From NCBI GenBank assembly GCA_945787155.1, contig CALZHD010000002.1, positions 7,548 through 71,547 of the forward strand: a stretch of DNA of 64,000 nucleotides, given 5' to 3'. The DNA is from an uncultured Gammaproteobacteria bacterium (GTDB taxonomy: Bacteria > Pseudomonadota > Gammaproteobacteria > SZUA-140). Within the stretch, counting starts at the first letter, position 1. The number at the start of each line of letters is the position of its first letter. Under the pieces are notes generated by a model that saw nothing but the letters and a program-made list of their open reading frames with translations, did no database searches and was not told where the DNA came from. The position numbers were made by a program, and so were the translations under genes. Positions 11,060 through 22,774 of this stretch are shown here, in pieces.

Positions 11060-11245
11060 ATGTGGCAGGAGTTGGGGATTGCACTGGCGCTATTGCTCGT
11101 GATTGAAGGGATTATGCCCTTTGTTAGTCCCAAGGGATTGCGTGAAACACTGCTGACGATGGCGAGTCTGAGTGATCGTACGATGCGTATCGGTGGACTG
11201 ATTAGCATGGTGCTTGGGGTGTTACTGCTCTACCTGATCCGGTAG
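11060..11245 (+). CDS. small membrane protein, DUF2065 family (YjeT-like)
   Basis: 61 aa with two hydrophobic helices. It sits in the conserved position after hflC, as yjeT does in enterobacteria. Confidence 0.6.
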   Translation: MWQELGIALALLLVIEGIMPFVSPKGLRETLLTMASLSDRTMRIGGLISMVLGVLLLYLIR

Positions 11246-11403
11246 CGCAGATCACAATAGTTTCCCGTGGCCGGGTGCGCTATAATCGCGCCTGTAGTTT
11301 GTTCGTCTGTTTTTGGCAGCGACATTCTTCCTTAACTTAATTGAAGCAAGGTCACTTGAATAGTGGTCGATGGCTAATCCAAATCTAGATCTATCTAATT
11401 AAC

Positions 11404-12603
11404 GTGTCAAAAGAAAAAAATAGCTGGTTACTCCCCGAGGGGATTGACGAATTTTTACCGCCGCAGGCCGAACGCCTGGAGCGGTTGCGTCGTTCACTGC
11501 TCGATCTCTACAGCAGCTGGGGCTACGAATATGTGATTCCACCGATGGTCGAGTATCTTGAGTCACTACTGGTCGGTACCGGTACTGAGGTGGAGCTTGA
11601 GACCTTCAAACTGATCGATCAAAAAAGCGGCCGCCTGTTAGGCATACACGCCGATATGACGCCGCAAGTGGCACGTATCGACGCCCATCGTCTCAATCGC
11701 GAAGGACCGACCCGTCTCTGTTATCTCGATGCAGTGCTGCACACTCGTCAGGATGGCTTCTCCCGAGGGCGTTGCCCACTGCAGGTGGGTGCTGAGCTTT
11801 ATGGTCACGCCGGGATTGAGAGCGATGCTGAGATTATCCACCTGATGGTCGAGACACTGCGGCAGGCGGGGCTGGATGAAATTCATATTGATCTTGGCCA
11901 TGTGGGTATTTTCCGCGCGTTGGCACGTCGCGCCGATCTCACCAACTCGCAGGAGGCGTTGTTGTTTGATGCCCTGCAGCGTAAGGCGAAACCTGAAATC
12001 GAAGAGTTGTTGGTTGATGTCTGCGATGATGCAGATGCACGTACGATGTTATTAGCGCTGGTCGACCTCAACGGTGGTGCTGAGGTGTTGGCAGAGGCGC
12101 GCAACGTGCTGCAGGCAGCGGGTGATGAGGTGTTGCAGGCGATCGATACTTTGCAACAGATCGCCGATTATGCGACTCAGCGTATGGGCGATATCTCACT
12201 CTATTTTGATCTCGCAGAACTGCGAGGTTATCGTTATCAGACTGGCGTCGTATTTGCTGCCTTCGTCCCGGGGCATGGTCAGGAAGTGGCACGTGGCGGA
12301 CGCTATGATGATATCGGCAGTGTCTTTGGGCGCTCCCGCCCAGCAACCGGCTTTAGCTCAGACCTCAAGACATTGATGATGCTGAGCGATGCGGTGCTGT
12401 CCAGGCCGAGCGCCATTGTCGCTTATCCATGTGACAACAGTGAGCAACGTGCGGCGCTGCAGCGTTTTATTGAGGCGTTGCGTGAAGAGGGAGAGCGGGT
12501 GATAGAATTCCTGCCGGGGCAGTCGGCAGATATGAGCGATAGCGGTTGTGATCGTAAAATCATCAAGATTAATGGTCAGTGGCAGGTGGTTGACCTGGAA
12601 TAG
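11404..12603 (+). CDS. hisZ: ATP phosphoribosyltransferase regulatory subunit
   Basis: 399 aa HisRS-like paralog lacking the anticodon-binding region. GTG start; begins SKEKNSWLLPEGIDEFLP, typical of HisZ. Conserved location upstream of purA. Confidence 0.88.
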   Translation: MSKEKNSWLLPEGIDEFLPPQAERLERLRRSLLDLYSSWGYEYVIPPMVEYLESLLVGTGTEVELETFKLIDQKSGRLLGIHADMTPQVARIDAHRLNREGPTRLCYLDAVLHTRQDGFSRGRCPLQVGAELYGHAGIESDAEIIHLMVETLRQAGLDEIHIDLGHVGIFRALARRADLTNSQEALLFDALQRKAKPEIEELLVDVCDDADARTMLLALVDLNGGAEVLAEARNVLQAAGDEVLQAIDTLQQIADYATQRMGDISLYFDLAELRGYRYQTGVVFAAFVPGHGQEVARGGRYDDIGSVFGRSRPATGFSSDLKTLMMLSDAVLSRPSAIVAYPCDNSEQRAALQRFIEALREEGERVIEFLPGQSADMSDSGCDRKIIKINGQWQVVDLE

Positions 12604-12629
12604 GTGACGGTAGATTTGAGGTGGGATGA

Positions 12630-12652
12630 GCGCAACGCATTGCGCTTTTTTT
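12630..12652 (+). terminator. intrinsic terminator (GCGCAA-CGCA-TTGCGC + T7) between hisZ and purA
   Basis: Perfect 6-bp GC-rich stem with a 4-nt loop followed by TTTTTTT. Confidence 0.6.
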
Positions 12653-12677
12653 GTGCAAAATTGTTAATTCGTTGTAA

Positions 12678-13979
<1,302 letters not shown>

Positions 13980-14010
13980 CAGCGCTCGTTTGAATATTGG
14001 GTGAGCGCTG

Positions 14011-14049
14011 GCCTCTAACGAAAAAAGCCCCAGAACGGACCGCGTTCTG
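14011..14049. terminator. bidirectional intrinsic terminator
   Basis: AAAAAGCCCCAGAACG-GACC-GCGTTCTGGGGCTTTTTT: a 12-bp stem flanked by an A-run and a T-run. Lies between convergent purA and the 14065-14532 gene. Confidence 0.78.
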
Positions 14050-14064
14050 GGGCTTTTTTATTAC

Positions 14065-14532
14065 CTATTTGGCGTTAGCGTCAGCGGTGTTATCAGTTGC
14101 TTTCTCTTCAGGTTTTTCTGTTTCCGCTTTAGGATTGATGGTGTTAGCGATACGGCCTAACCCACAGACGGTTGAAAGCGCTAGTTTGTACATCTCAACC
14201 CCGGGCTTGATCAACGCGTCGACCAGTCCTGGTAGTTTCGCGAGATAGAAACCCAGTCCGATCGTCAGGCCACTGGCGACCAATGTCGCGAAGATTCCAC
14301 CACCGAGGAAGGCGCTTAAATTGTACCAAACTGCCAGCGGTGCAAGCAGGATAGAGCCGTACCACAGCGACAGTACAAACAGGAAAAAGGTGGTGACGAT
14401 CAGTTGCAGCATTTTTACGACTAGAACATCTACAGTTTTCATATACTTATGTTTTCCTTCTAGAGCCATTTCTAATGCAGTCTGAGGCTCATGTGAATCG
14501 TGAGAATATTTATCGGCACGCAATGTTCTCAT
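14065..14532 (-). CDS. hypothetical membrane protein (2-3 TM helices)
   Basis: 155 aa. Hydrophobic helices (LIVTTFFLFVLSLWYGSILLAPLAVWYNL; IFATLVASGLTIGLGFYLA) and a charged C-terminal tail. True start may be an internal Met. Confidence 0.45.
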   Translation of the reverse strand: MRTLRADKYSHDSHEPQTALEMALEGKHKYMKTVDVLVVKMLQLIVTTFFLFVLSLWYGSILLAPLAVWYNLSAFLGGGIFATLVASGLTIGLGFYLAKLPGLVDALIKPGVEMYKLALSTVCGLGRIANTINPKAETEKPEEKATDNTADANAK

Positions 14533-14650
14533 ATTAAATTATACAGGCGCAAGACTTTACCCTCAGTGTGCCATTTAAGTTGGTATTGTTATTTGTAAGA
14601 TTCAAATAGCGATTGAACAATTTTTATTTTTTTCTCAGGCTATTAGAAGG

Positions 14651-14667
14651 TGCGACACAATGTCGCA
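14651..14667. promoter_or_regulatory. perfect palindrome TGCGACA-CAA-TGTCGCA upstream of Met-rich OMP operon (candidate operator)
   Basis: 7-bp inverted repeat with a 3-bp spacer about 60 bp upstream of the 14727 start codon. Confidence 0.3.
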
Positions 14668-14726
14668 TTCAAAATATCATTTACCCCTGCTAGCATCGCT
14701 ACCCTTATTTGAGAGGGGAGTGATCG

Positions 14727-15899
14727 ATGCGTAGTAAGTTATTCCAGGGTGCGTTGCTGTTATCCGTGATGATATGGGCACCCGCGGCCAATGCCTTTAT
14801 TGGGCTCTGCTGTGGTAAATGTGGCGGCAATATGCCGATGAATATCCCCGGTGGCGGCATCCCGGAGACCAAAGAATTTCGTTTTAAATTGAGCGCTATG
14901 ACGATGGCGATGGACGGCCTGACGCGTGATGGCGATTCAGTCTCTGCCGACTCGCAACTGGGCATGCCGATGATGATGGGGCAGCCGACGGGAAAGTTTA
15001 TGGCGGTTCCGACCTCGATGGATATGCGCATGCTGAATTTCACTATGGGTTACAGTTTTAGCGATCGCCTCTTTGGCGGTGTCATGCTGATGCACAAAGA
15101 CAACAGCATGGAGATGAAATTCAGTGACATGATGTCGACGATGACCGGGCAGAGTGGCTTCACGATGGACGCTTCCGGCATTGCCGATACGATGTTGATG
15201 GGCAAGTATCGTCTGTTTGCCGATGACCCATTGATCCCGTCACAACAGGCGTCATTCTTTTTTGGTTTGAGCCTACCCACGGGTTCGATCGATGAGACCA
15301 ATAGCAATCACCCGTTGGCGCTACGTCAGAATGAGTTGTTGCCTTATGGCATGCAGCCTGGTTCGGGCAGTTATGATCCGACCATCGGGATCCTCTATCA
15401 GCGATCCGCCTCACCTTACTGGTGGGGTGCCAATGCGATGTACACGGCACGCATCCATGATAACGACCGTGACTATCGACTGGGTGATGAGGCGCGGCTT
15501 GACCTCTACGGCATGTATCAGTTTCGCAGTAATCTACTGGCTCAATTGCAATTAAATGCTGAACACCGTGGTGATATCGATGGCCAGATGGATGAGATGT
15601 TGTCGGGTGCGACAGGTCATGTTACGCAGGGGATGGCCGGATCACCGCTGACCACGCCGCAGTATGATTCAAATAATTATGGCGGTAAAAAAGTGCTCGC
15701 CACCGTGGGGCTCCAGTGGCAGCCTGCCGCGTTGAATATTATTGATATCAACATCGGTGTGCCACTTTATCAGGACCTGAATGGACTTCAGCTCGAAGAA
15801 GAGTCTCGAGTGATGTTGACCTGGTATCGTGAACTGCCAACGAAGGGAAGCATCCGCTTTAAAACGCCTAAGGGTAAAGAGGGCTCGCTTGGGTTTTAA
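14727..15899 (+). CDS. Met-rich outer-membrane beta-barrel protein (transporter/MetA-pathway-like; possible Cu/Ag-binding)
   Basis: Signal peptide ...IWAPAANA. Cys cluster LCCGKCGG. Numerous Met-rich motifs (MPMMMGQPTGKFM, MDMRM, SMEMKFSDMMSTM). C-terminal ...SLGF aromatic terminus typical of OMP barrels. Confidence 0.55.
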   Translation: MRSKLFQGALLLSVMIWAPAANAFIGLCCGKCGGNMPMNIPGGGIPETKEFRFKLSAMTMAMDGLTRDGDSVSADSQLGMPMMMGQPTGKFMAVPTSMDMRMLNFTMGYSFSDRLFGGVMLMHKDNSMEMKFSDMMSTMTGQSGFTMDASGIADTMLMGKYRLFADDPLIPSQQASFFFGLSLPTGSIDETNSNHPLALRQNELLPYGMQPGSGSYDPTIGILYQRSASPYWWGANAMYTARIHDNDRDYRLGDEARLDLYGMYQFRSNLLAQLQLNAEHRGDIDGQMDEMLSGATGHVTQGMAGSPLTTPQYDSNNYGGKKVLATVGLQWQPAALNIIDINIGVPLYQDLNGLQLEEESRVMLTWYRELPTKGSIRFKTPKGKEGSLGF

Positions 15900-15914
15900 T
15901 GATGGGGGCTAATA

Positions 15915-16217
15915 ATGGGGGCTGAGGTCACAAGTGTTATCAAGCGCAGCGCAACCGCTGTCGCTGCGGTGGTGTTGATGGCGGGGTGTGCCGGTAGTGG
16001 CATAGCGATCCCCGCGGCACAATCGCAAGCAGCTCTGTTGTTTGCGGATAAGTGTGGTGTCTGTCATGCGATCCCCCATCCCGCTCGTCACCGAGCAGAA
16101 GAGTGGCCTCATTATGTGGCGCTGATGGAGCAACGTATGGCAGAGCGGAACATCGTAGCGTTGAGTGACATGCAGCGTGCGTTGATTATGGAATATCTCA
16201 GTGAACATAGTCGTTAG
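15915..16217 (+). CDS. monoheme c-type cytochrome lipoprotein
   Basis: Lipobox LMAGC after a positively charged n-region, and a single CXXCH (CGVCH) heme-binding motif. 100 aa. Confidence 0.6.
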   Translation: MGAEVTSVIKRSATAVAAVVLMAGCAGSGIAIPAAQSQAALLFADKCGVCHAIPHPARHRAEEWPHYVALMEQRMAERNIVALSDMQRALIMEYLSEHSR

Positions 16218-16755
16218 CCGTATTGCATTAATGTTGATGGCGATGACACTGACACTGCTTGGCGCTGGCAGTGCAGTTGCAGATGTCTTTAGTGAGTTGG
16301 GTGTAGAGCGACCCAAAACACGTCTCGCAGCACCTGAGTTTTCGCTGGAACTGCTGAGTGATGACTCGCAGGCAACATTGTCCGATTATCGCGGCAAAGT
16401 GGTACTGCTCAACTTCTGGGCGACATGGTGTATTCCCTGTCGTGAAGAGATGCCCGCGATGCAGACGTTATGGAAGCGTTACCGCGCAGAGGGGTTTGAG
16501 ATAGTGGCGGTAGCGGCAGATCGCCGTGGGCGCAAAAACGTTGCGCCATTTATTGCGGAACATGGTGTTGAATATCCGGTATTGCTTGATCCCGGTGGTG
16601 AAGTCCGCAATCGATATGAAGTGGTCGGACTGCCGATGAGTTATCTCATCGGGCGTGACGGCAAAATCTCGGGGCGGGTGGTCGGGATGATCGACTGGGC
16701 AAGTGCCGATGCCTATACAATGATCGAGGCCTTGTTGCAAAAATCGTCTATTTGA
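16201..16755 (+). CDS. TlpA/ResA-family periplasmic thiol:disulfide oxidoreductase
   Basis: Signal peptide plus thioredoxin-fold active site WATWCIPC. Overlaps the preceding cytochrome gene by 17 nt (coupled). Confidence 0.8.
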   Translation: MNIVVSRIALMLMAMTLTLLGAGSAVADVFSELGVERPKTRLAAPEFSLELLSDDSQATLSDYRGKVVLLNFWATWCIPCREEMPAMQTLWKRYRAEGFEIVAVAADRRGRKNVAPFIAEHGVEYPVLLDPGGEVRNRYEVVGLPMSYLIGRDGKISGRVVGMIDWASADAYTMIEALLQKSSI

Positions 16756-16781
16756 GTGCCACTCACAGCGTTACTGGCTTA

Positions 16782-16997
16782 TCATTTGTTTGTGGCTATC
16801 TCACCAGTTTCAGCGGTGCTGTGCTCGCTTTCAATCTGCTCTGGTGCAGGGGATGTGACTGAAAAGGCCTGTTGCTGAGAGTAGGTGAGCACCCAGCCAA
16901 TGAGTCCTGCTGCGCTGATTGCCCAGAGTATGTTTTTAATCTTACGGTTGCGCTGTCTGCGCATCAGTAGATTGAGGATGGCAGTTTTATCATTCAT
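16782..16997 (-). CDS. small hypothetical membrane protein
   Basis: 71 aa. Basic N-terminus (RRQRNRKIK) followed by one TM helix (ILWAISAAGLIGWVLTY). Confidence 0.35.
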   Translation of the reverse strand: MNDKTAILNLLMRRQRNRKIKNILWAISAAGLIGWVLTYSQQQAFSVTSPAPEQIESEHSTAETGEIATNK

Positions 16998-17235
16998 CTT
17001 GTGATTCTGTATTTTAGGACGTCTAAAACCCTTATCATAACCTTTGTTGGCTTTTTGTTCACTACTGTTATCTCAGTTGGAGGTGGGAAGTAGGTGGAAA
17101 TCAAGCGCTGTACCGACGATCAATGACTTAGCGAGCGCATTGAAAAGTCAACCCAAAAGAGGCAGTGACACCCGCGATAGAGTGCCGCTATAATCCTTTT
17201 TCCGCGTTGTGCGCTAACTTAATTGATGAAGAATT

Positions 17236-18162
17236 ATGTGGTTCAAAAATCTGCAACTCTACCGTTTTACCAAGCCCTTTGAATATACCGCCGAGACACT
17301 CGAGGCGGCGTTACAGCAGCGCACAAGCCGCCTCTGTGGCCCGCATGAAGAGATGAGCCACGGTTGGGGTTCTCCACTAGGACGCAAGGGTGAGATGCTG
17401 GTACATGCCGCCAACGGCTTCCTGATGATCTGCGCCACTAAAGAAGAGAAGATTATCCCAGCCTCGGTGGTGAGAGAGTACGTCAATGAGCGTGTCGAAA
17501 AGATTGAAGATACGCAGGCGCGAAAGGTACGTAAAAAAGAACGAGACAATATTCGTGACGATGTGATGACAGAACTGCTGCCGCGCGCGTTGAGTCGTAC
17601 CATGCACACCTTCGCCTATATCGATCCCAAAGAGGGGTGGCTGGTGGTTGACTGCGCCTCAGTCAAGAAGGCGGAAGAGTTCACTGCGTTGCTACGTAAA
17701 ACCCTCGGTTCATTGCCTGTTGTGCCACCTACCACCAATGAGTCACCGCACATTGTGTTGACCGAGTGGCTGACAAAAAATAATCACCCAGCCGAGTTTG
17801 GTGTTGAAGACGAGTGTGAACTGCGTGCGGCAGATGCGGAAGGCAGTATCGTGCGCTGCAAACGACAGGATCTGGGGAGCCCTGAAATACAGGCACATCT
17901 TAAGGCGGGCAAGCAGGTCGCCAAGATGGCGCTCAACTGGCGCGATCGTCTTACGTTTGTGCTGGACGACAGCCTTGCCATCAAGCGTGTGCGTTTTCTT
18001 GATGTTATTCAGGAACAGGTTGATGATGTTGAAACCGAAGACGAAGCACAACGCTTCGATGTCGACTTCTCGATCATGACGCTAGAGCTATCGCTCTTTA
18101 TCAAGCAACTCTTCGAGGCCTTTGGTGGTGAAAATGTTGATGCACTGGATGAGGCGGCGTAG
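17236..18162 (+). CDS. rdgC: recombination-associated protein RdgC
   Basis: Begins MWFKNLQLYRF, the characteristic RdgC N-terminus. ~305 aa, matching family size. TATAAT at 17198-17203 upstream. Confidence 0.88.
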   Translation: MWFKNLQLYRFTKPFEYTAETLEAALQQRTSRLCGPHEEMSHGWGSPLGRKGEMLVHAANGFLMICATKEEKIIPASVVREYVNERVEKIEDTQARKVRKKERDNIRDDVMTELLPRALSRTMHTFAYIDPKEGWLVVDCASVKKAEEFTALLRKTLGSLPVVPPTTNESPHIVLTEWLTKNNHPAEFGVEDECELRAADAEGSIVRCKRQDLGSPEIQAHLKAGKQVAKMALNWRDRLTFVLDDSLAIKRVRFLDVIQEQVDDVETEDEAQRFDVDFSIMTLELSLFIKQLFEAFGGENVDALDEAA

Positions 18163-18220
18163 CCTGTAGATGATGAGCCAAAAATTTTACTCCTTGACCT
18201 TATTTTAGCGTGCTCTTCGC

Positions 18221-19087
18221 TTATTTGTTTAATGCTGTATTCGGCCATTCTAGATGCCGAACATTATTTTTGCCTGATTTTTCAACCTCATACATCAAAT
18301 CATCTACCATCTTGATCATGTCACGGCTTGAATGCATCACTTGATAAAAAGTAACGACACCAATACTGAAGGTTACTGGCCACGAATTTTTCTGCATTGC
18401 GGCAAGTAATTCATTTTGTATCTCGTCTAACACTGACATTGCAGCTTCTTTTTTCAACAGTGGAAATAATACTGCAAATTCATCACCGCCTAGTCGTGCC
18501 GGAAAATCTGCAGCTCTAATACTCATTGATAATGTCTGTGCAACGCACTGTAACAGTTCATCGCCTACATTATGCTCCATTGAGTCATTTACATACTTGA
18601 AGTTATCCAGATCAATGTAGGCAATGGTGAACGGTTCTGGGTAGCGGCGAACTCGAGCATATTCCCGTTCTAGCTGTTCCTGGAAAAAACGGCGATTAGC
18701 CAATCCCGTCAGGAGATCTGTGTCGGCAAGACTCTCTTCAAGAGCTAATTTTTTACGCACAATCAATAATAACCATAAAATAATAATAAAAAAGGCAAGC
18801 CGCACTAGAGTATTCCATGCCGGCACATGAAAGCTTGAGTATAGATTGCCCGCCGCCAGGTCTGCGCTTAGCCAAACCCCAGCAGAAACAACCGCCAGTG
18901 TAAGGCCAGCCGTCCTTCCTCCATACCAGGCCGCCAACATAATTGGGGCGATATAAAATACAGAAAAAGATAATTCGGGTCCAATTAGGTAATCTAAAGT
19001 ACCCAGCAGTAGAGTGACTGCAAGAGTTATTAGCAGGCGTTTGCGTCCATTTATGCCTTCAAGATAATTGTTTATATAGTTAAACAA
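18221..19087 (-). CDS. membrane-anchored diguanylate cyclase (GGDEF domain)
   Basis: N-terminal multi-TM region and a C-terminal GGDEF domain with intact RLGGDEF active site. Confidence 0.85.
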   Translation of the reverse strand: MFNYINNYLEGINGRKRLLITLAVTLLLGTLDYLIGPELSFSVFYIAPIMLAAWYGGRTAGLTLAVVSAGVWLSADLAAGNLYSSFHVPAWNTLVRLAFFIIILWLLLIVRKKLALEESLADTDLLTGLANRRFFQEQLEREYARVRRYPEPFTIAYIDLDNFKYVNDSMEHNVGDELLQCVAQTLSMSIRAADFPARLGGDEFAVLFPLLKKEAAMSVLDEIQNELLAAMQKNSWPVTFSIGVVTFYQVMHSSRDMIKMVDDLMYEVEKSGKNNVRHLEWPNTALNK

Positions 19088-19237
19088 GTTGCTGCTGCCT
19101 ATTGTGCGTTGGTTAAATGTTCAGCTGCCTATTATTAACGGCTTAAGAATAGACAAAATTAGCTGGAAAATTTATTTATTAAGGCTCAGAATAGTTGGCA
19201 ATATAACAAAAATCATGTTCTTACCAGTATAAAATCA

Positions 19238-20314
19238 ATGGACTTCTTCGATAAAATATACCACCCACCCGGTACTTCTCCAGGTACGCTGGTGGCCAGT
19301 GAAGGTGCTGGAGTCGAAAAGGTCACCATTCAGCTGATGGACTATACCGACACTGACTTCACAGAAAATAAACTGGCAACTCCCGATGAATGTCAGCCTT
19401 ACCTGGACAATGACAGCGTTACCTGGATTCATCTGCAAGGTCAGATCCAGGCTGCCACGATTAAAGACATTGGGCATATATTCGAACTCCACCCCCTTGC
19501 CCTGGAGGATGTACTTAATAAAGGGCAGCGTCCCAAGATGGAGGCGTATGACGACATGTTATTCGTCATTATGTCGATGCCGACCGTATTAAATGGCGCA
19601 ATCATCATTGAACAAGTTTCGATTTTTCTGGGGGAAAATTACATCATCAGTTTTCATGCAGGTAGCTTTGACCCCTTTGAACCGCTGAGAAATCGTTTAC
19701 GTAAAAAAAGTGGCCGCATACGTAACCAAAAGGCGGATTACCTGGTCTATTGTATTCTTGATCTGGTGATTGACCAGGGTTACCCAGTGTTGGAGAGGTT
19801 TGGTGAAGATGTTGAGATGATTGAAGAGACGTTGTTATCTTCAGCGCCGAAGAAGAGTGCTCTGGCTGAGATTCATCGTATCCGGCGTGAGCTATTGTTG
19901 TTACGGCGTAATCTCTGGCCACAGCGTGAAGTGCTTAACATCCTGTTACGTGGTGAACATGCTCAGTTTGAGCAAAGTACCCAGATTTATCTGCGGGATT
20001 GTTATGATCACACTATACAAATTCTGGAGTTGATTGAAAACTACCGTGAAATGGCCGCGAGTATGATCGATATTTATCTTTCTTCGGTGAGCCAGCGTCT
20101 CAATGAAATCATGCGCGTGCTGACTATGATTGCAACAATCTTTATTCCTCTGACCTTTATTGTAGGGTTGTATGGCATGAATTTCAGTCATCCGGATAGC
20201 CCCTGGGCGATGCCAGAACTGCATTTGTATTACGGTTATCCGATGGTGTGGGGCGTCATGATTGCTATAGTGATAGGTATGCTGATCTACTTTAAGCGCA
20301 AGGATTGGTTATAG
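19238..20314 (+). CDS. corA: magnesium/cobalt transporter CorA
   Basis: 358 aa. Two C-terminal TM helices with the YGMNF signature loop motif. Confidence 0.88.
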   Translation: MDFFDKIYHPPGTSPGTLVASEGAGVEKVTIQLMDYTDTDFTENKLATPDECQPYLDNDSVTWIHLQGQIQAATIKDIGHIFELHPLALEDVLNKGQRPKMEAYDDMLFVIMSMPTVLNGAIIIEQVSIFLGENYIISFHAGSFDPFEPLRNRLRKKSGRIRNQKADYLVYCILDLVIDQGYPVLERFGEDVEMIEETLLSSAPKKSALAEIHRIRRELLLLRRNLWPQREVLNILLRGEHAQFEQSTQIYLRDCYDHTIQILELIENYREMAASMIDIYLSSVSQRLNEIMRVLTMIATIFIPLTFIVGLYGMNFSHPDSPWAMPELHLYYGYPMVWGVMIAIVIGMLIYFKRKDWL

Positions 20315-20351
20315 GCTAACGTTAGTCATCAGGGGCGGTGGAGATTAAGAA

Positions 20352-20816
20352 ATGACATCAGAATTAACAGTAGTAGGGTGGCGCGAATGGGTCTTGTTGC
20401 CTGAATTAGGCCTGCCGTGGGTCAAGGTGAAAGTTGATACCGGTGCAAAGACTTCTTGTCTGCATGCTTTCAGTGTAGAGCCCTTTAATAAAAATGGCAG
20501 CGAATGGGTTCGTTTTGGAATGCATCCAAATCAGGATAACACCGATACCGAGGTTTTTTGTGAGGCGGAAGTTACTGATCAACGCATAGTCACTGATTCG
20601 GGAGGGCACAGGGAAAGTCGTTATGTCATCACGACCCAGATATCATTAGCTGACCAGCAGTGGCCGATTGAAATTACGCTCACTAGTCGCGATACGATGC
20701 GTTTTCGAATGTTGCTGGGAAGGACGGCGATGGAAGAACGGCTCATCGTCAATCCTGGCGCATCTTTTCTACTCGGAGCGCCAACAAATAAAATAGCACG
20801 GAGTAATATAGAATGA
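20352..20816 (+). CDS. RimK-associated retropepsin-like protein (DUF785 / RimB-like, annotated 'ATP-dependent zinc protease')
   Basis: 154 aa beginning ...[29 protein letters not shown] (aspartic-protease-like DTGA). Positioned directly upstream of, and overlapping, rimK. Confidence 0.75.
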   Translation: MTSELTVVGWREWVLLPELGLPWVKVKVDTGAKTSCLHAFSVEPFNKNGSEWVRFGMHPNQDNTDTEVFCEAEVTDQRIVTDSGGHRESRYVITTQISLADQQWPIEITLTSRDTMRFRMLLGRTAMEERLIVNPGASFLLGAPTNKIARSNIE

Positions 20817-21718
20817 ATATAGCGATTTTATCTCGAAATAAAAAACTCTATTCCACGCGGCGGCTGGTAGAGGCCTGTATACAACGTGGTCATGAAGCGG
20901 TGGTGATTGATGTGTTACGCAGCTATATGAATATCGCCTCCAGCAAGCCCGAGGTGCATTTTAATGGTGAGAGCCTGCCAGTCGTTGATGCGGTTATTCC
21001 CAGGATTGGTGCATCTGTCACCTTTTATGGCACAGCTGTATTGAGGCAATTTGAAATGATGGGGGCATTTCCACTGTGTGAATCCGTCGCGATTAGTCGC
21101 TCCAGAGATAAGCTGCGTTCGTTGCAGTTAATGGCACGTAAAGGGGTTGGTATGCCCAATACCGGTTTTGCTCATAACCCTGATGACATTCAGGACCTGA
21201 TTAAGATGGTCGGTGGTGCGCCGCTGGTGATCAAACTGCTGGAAGGGACGCAGGGTATTGGTGTGGTGCTGGCAGAGACCAAAAAGGCGGCTGAGAGTGT
21301 TATCGAAGCCTTTATGGGGCTCAAGGCTAATATTCTTGTTCAGGAATATATAAAAGAGGCTGGCGGCGCCGATATTCGTTGTCTTGTGATTGGCGATAAA
21401 GTGGTCGCGGCAATGAAACGGCAGGCTCAGGCCGGTGAGTTTCGTTCCAATCTTCATCGTGGTGGTAGCGCTTCTTTAATCAAGATCACTCCAGCAGAAA
21501 GGGCAACCGCGATTAAAGCTGCCAAGATCATGGGCCTTAACGTGGCGGGGGTCGATATTTTGCGCTCAGAACGAGGCCCATTAGTGATGGAAGTAAACTC
21601 TTCGCCAGGACTCGAAGGTATCGAAACCGCCACCGGCAAAGATGTTGCGGGCATGATCATTGAGTTCATCGAGAAAAATGCCAAACCTCATAAGACTCGA
21701 ACCAAAGGCAAAGGGTAA
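20813..21718 (+). CDS. rimK: ribosomal protein S6--L-glutamate ligase (ATP-grasp)
   Basis: 301 aa ATP-grasp enzyme. [22 protein letters not shown]-terminus and GS/ATP-grasp motifs typical of RimK. Confidence 0.92.
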   Translation: MNIAILSRNKKLYSTRRLVEACIQRGHEAVVIDVLRSYMNIASSKPEVHFNGESLPVVDAVIPRIGASVTFYGTAVLRQFEMMGAFPLCESVAISRSRDKLRSLQLMARKGVGMPNTGFAHNPDDIQDLIKMVGGAPLVIKLLEGTQGIGVVLAETKKAAESVIEAFMGLKANILVQEYIKEAGGADIRCLVIGDKVVAAMKRQAQAGEFRSNLHRGGSASLIKITPAERATAIKAAKIMGLNVAGVDILRSERGPLVMEVNSSPGLEGIETATGKDVAGMIIEFIEKNAKPHKTRTKGKG

Positions 21719-21721
21719 TCG

Positions 21722-22774
21722 ATGCGCGGGGAGCTGCTCACTATTAATGGCGTGGAATTTAAGCGCGGTACCAGTGCCACGATTGATCTGCCGACAGGCA
21801 AGCTATATACCCACACCCCAATGTCCATGCCGGTGCATGTTATTCGTGGTAAACGCCCTGGCCCATCTCTATTCGTTAGCGCCGCTATTCATGGTGATGA
21901 GATTAATGGCGTTGAGATCATTCGACGCTTATTAAAGCGTTCTTCACTTAAACGACTTAGAGGTACGCTCATTGCGGTGCCTATCGTCAATGTTCATGGC
22001 CTGATTAACCATTCACGTTATCTCCCTGATCGGCGTGATCTTAACCGATCATTTCCCGGCACTGTCAAAGGCTCACTGGCGGCTAGACTGGCGCATCTAT
22101 TTATGGAGGAGATTGTCGCTCAAAGTACTCACGGCATTGATCTCCACACCGGCGCGATACACCGCAGTAACTTGCCTCAGATTCGCGCTAACCTGGATGA
22201 TGAAGAGACAGAAAAACTGGCGCGGGCATTTCAAGTGCCAGTGCTTATTTCCTCCAACCTGCGCGACGGATCTCTGCGTGAGGCTGCGGCATCATATGGT
22301 ATTCCTATGTTGTTGTATGAGGCGGGTGAAGCGTTGCGATTTGATGAGGTCTCAATACGCGCTGGCGTCAACGGTATTATCAATGTCATGCGCATGCTCG
22401 ATATGTTGCCACCTTCGCGCAGTAAAACGAAAAAACATATTGACCCTGTGGTGGCACGTTCCAGTTTTTGGGTGCGAGCGCCCGACAGCGGTATTCTCAG
22501 GGCCATGGTGCCATTAGGTGCGAGGGTAAAGAAAGGGACACTCCTCGGAGTCGTCGCGGATCCTTTTGGTGAGCAGGAGATACAGATTGCATCCACATTC
22601 AACGGTATCGTAATCGGTAGGACTAATTTACCGTTGGTGAACGAAGGCGAAGCGCTTTATCATATTGCTCGTTTTGAAGACATTGAAGAGATTGAAGCCA
22701 CTGTAGATGACTTTCAGGAGGAGCATTCTCCTGACTTGATGTCATCACCACACGCCGAAAGCCCGATTACTTAA
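21722..22774 (+). CDS. succinylglutamate desuccinylase/aspartoacylase-family deacylase
   Basis: 350 aa. Zn-binding HGDE motif (AIHGDEINGVEI) and family-typical layout. Immediately follows rimK. Confidence 0.8.
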   Translation: MRGELLTINGVEFKRGTSATIDLPTGKLYTHTPMSMPVHVIRGKRPGPSLFVSAAIHGDEINGVEIIRRLLKRSSLKRLRGTLIAVPIVNVHGLINHSRYLPDRRDLNRSFPGTVKGSLAARLAHLFMEEIVAQSTHGIDLHTGAIHRSNLPQIRANLDDEETEKLARAFQVPVLISSNLRDGSLREAAASYGIPMLLYEAGEALRFDEVSIRAGVNGIINVMRMLDMLPPSRSKTKKHIDPVVARSSFWVRAPDSGILRAMVPLGARVKKGTLLGVVADPFGEQEIQIASTFNGIVIGRTNLPLVNEGEALYHIARFEDIEEIEATVDDFQEEHSPDLMSSPHAESPIT

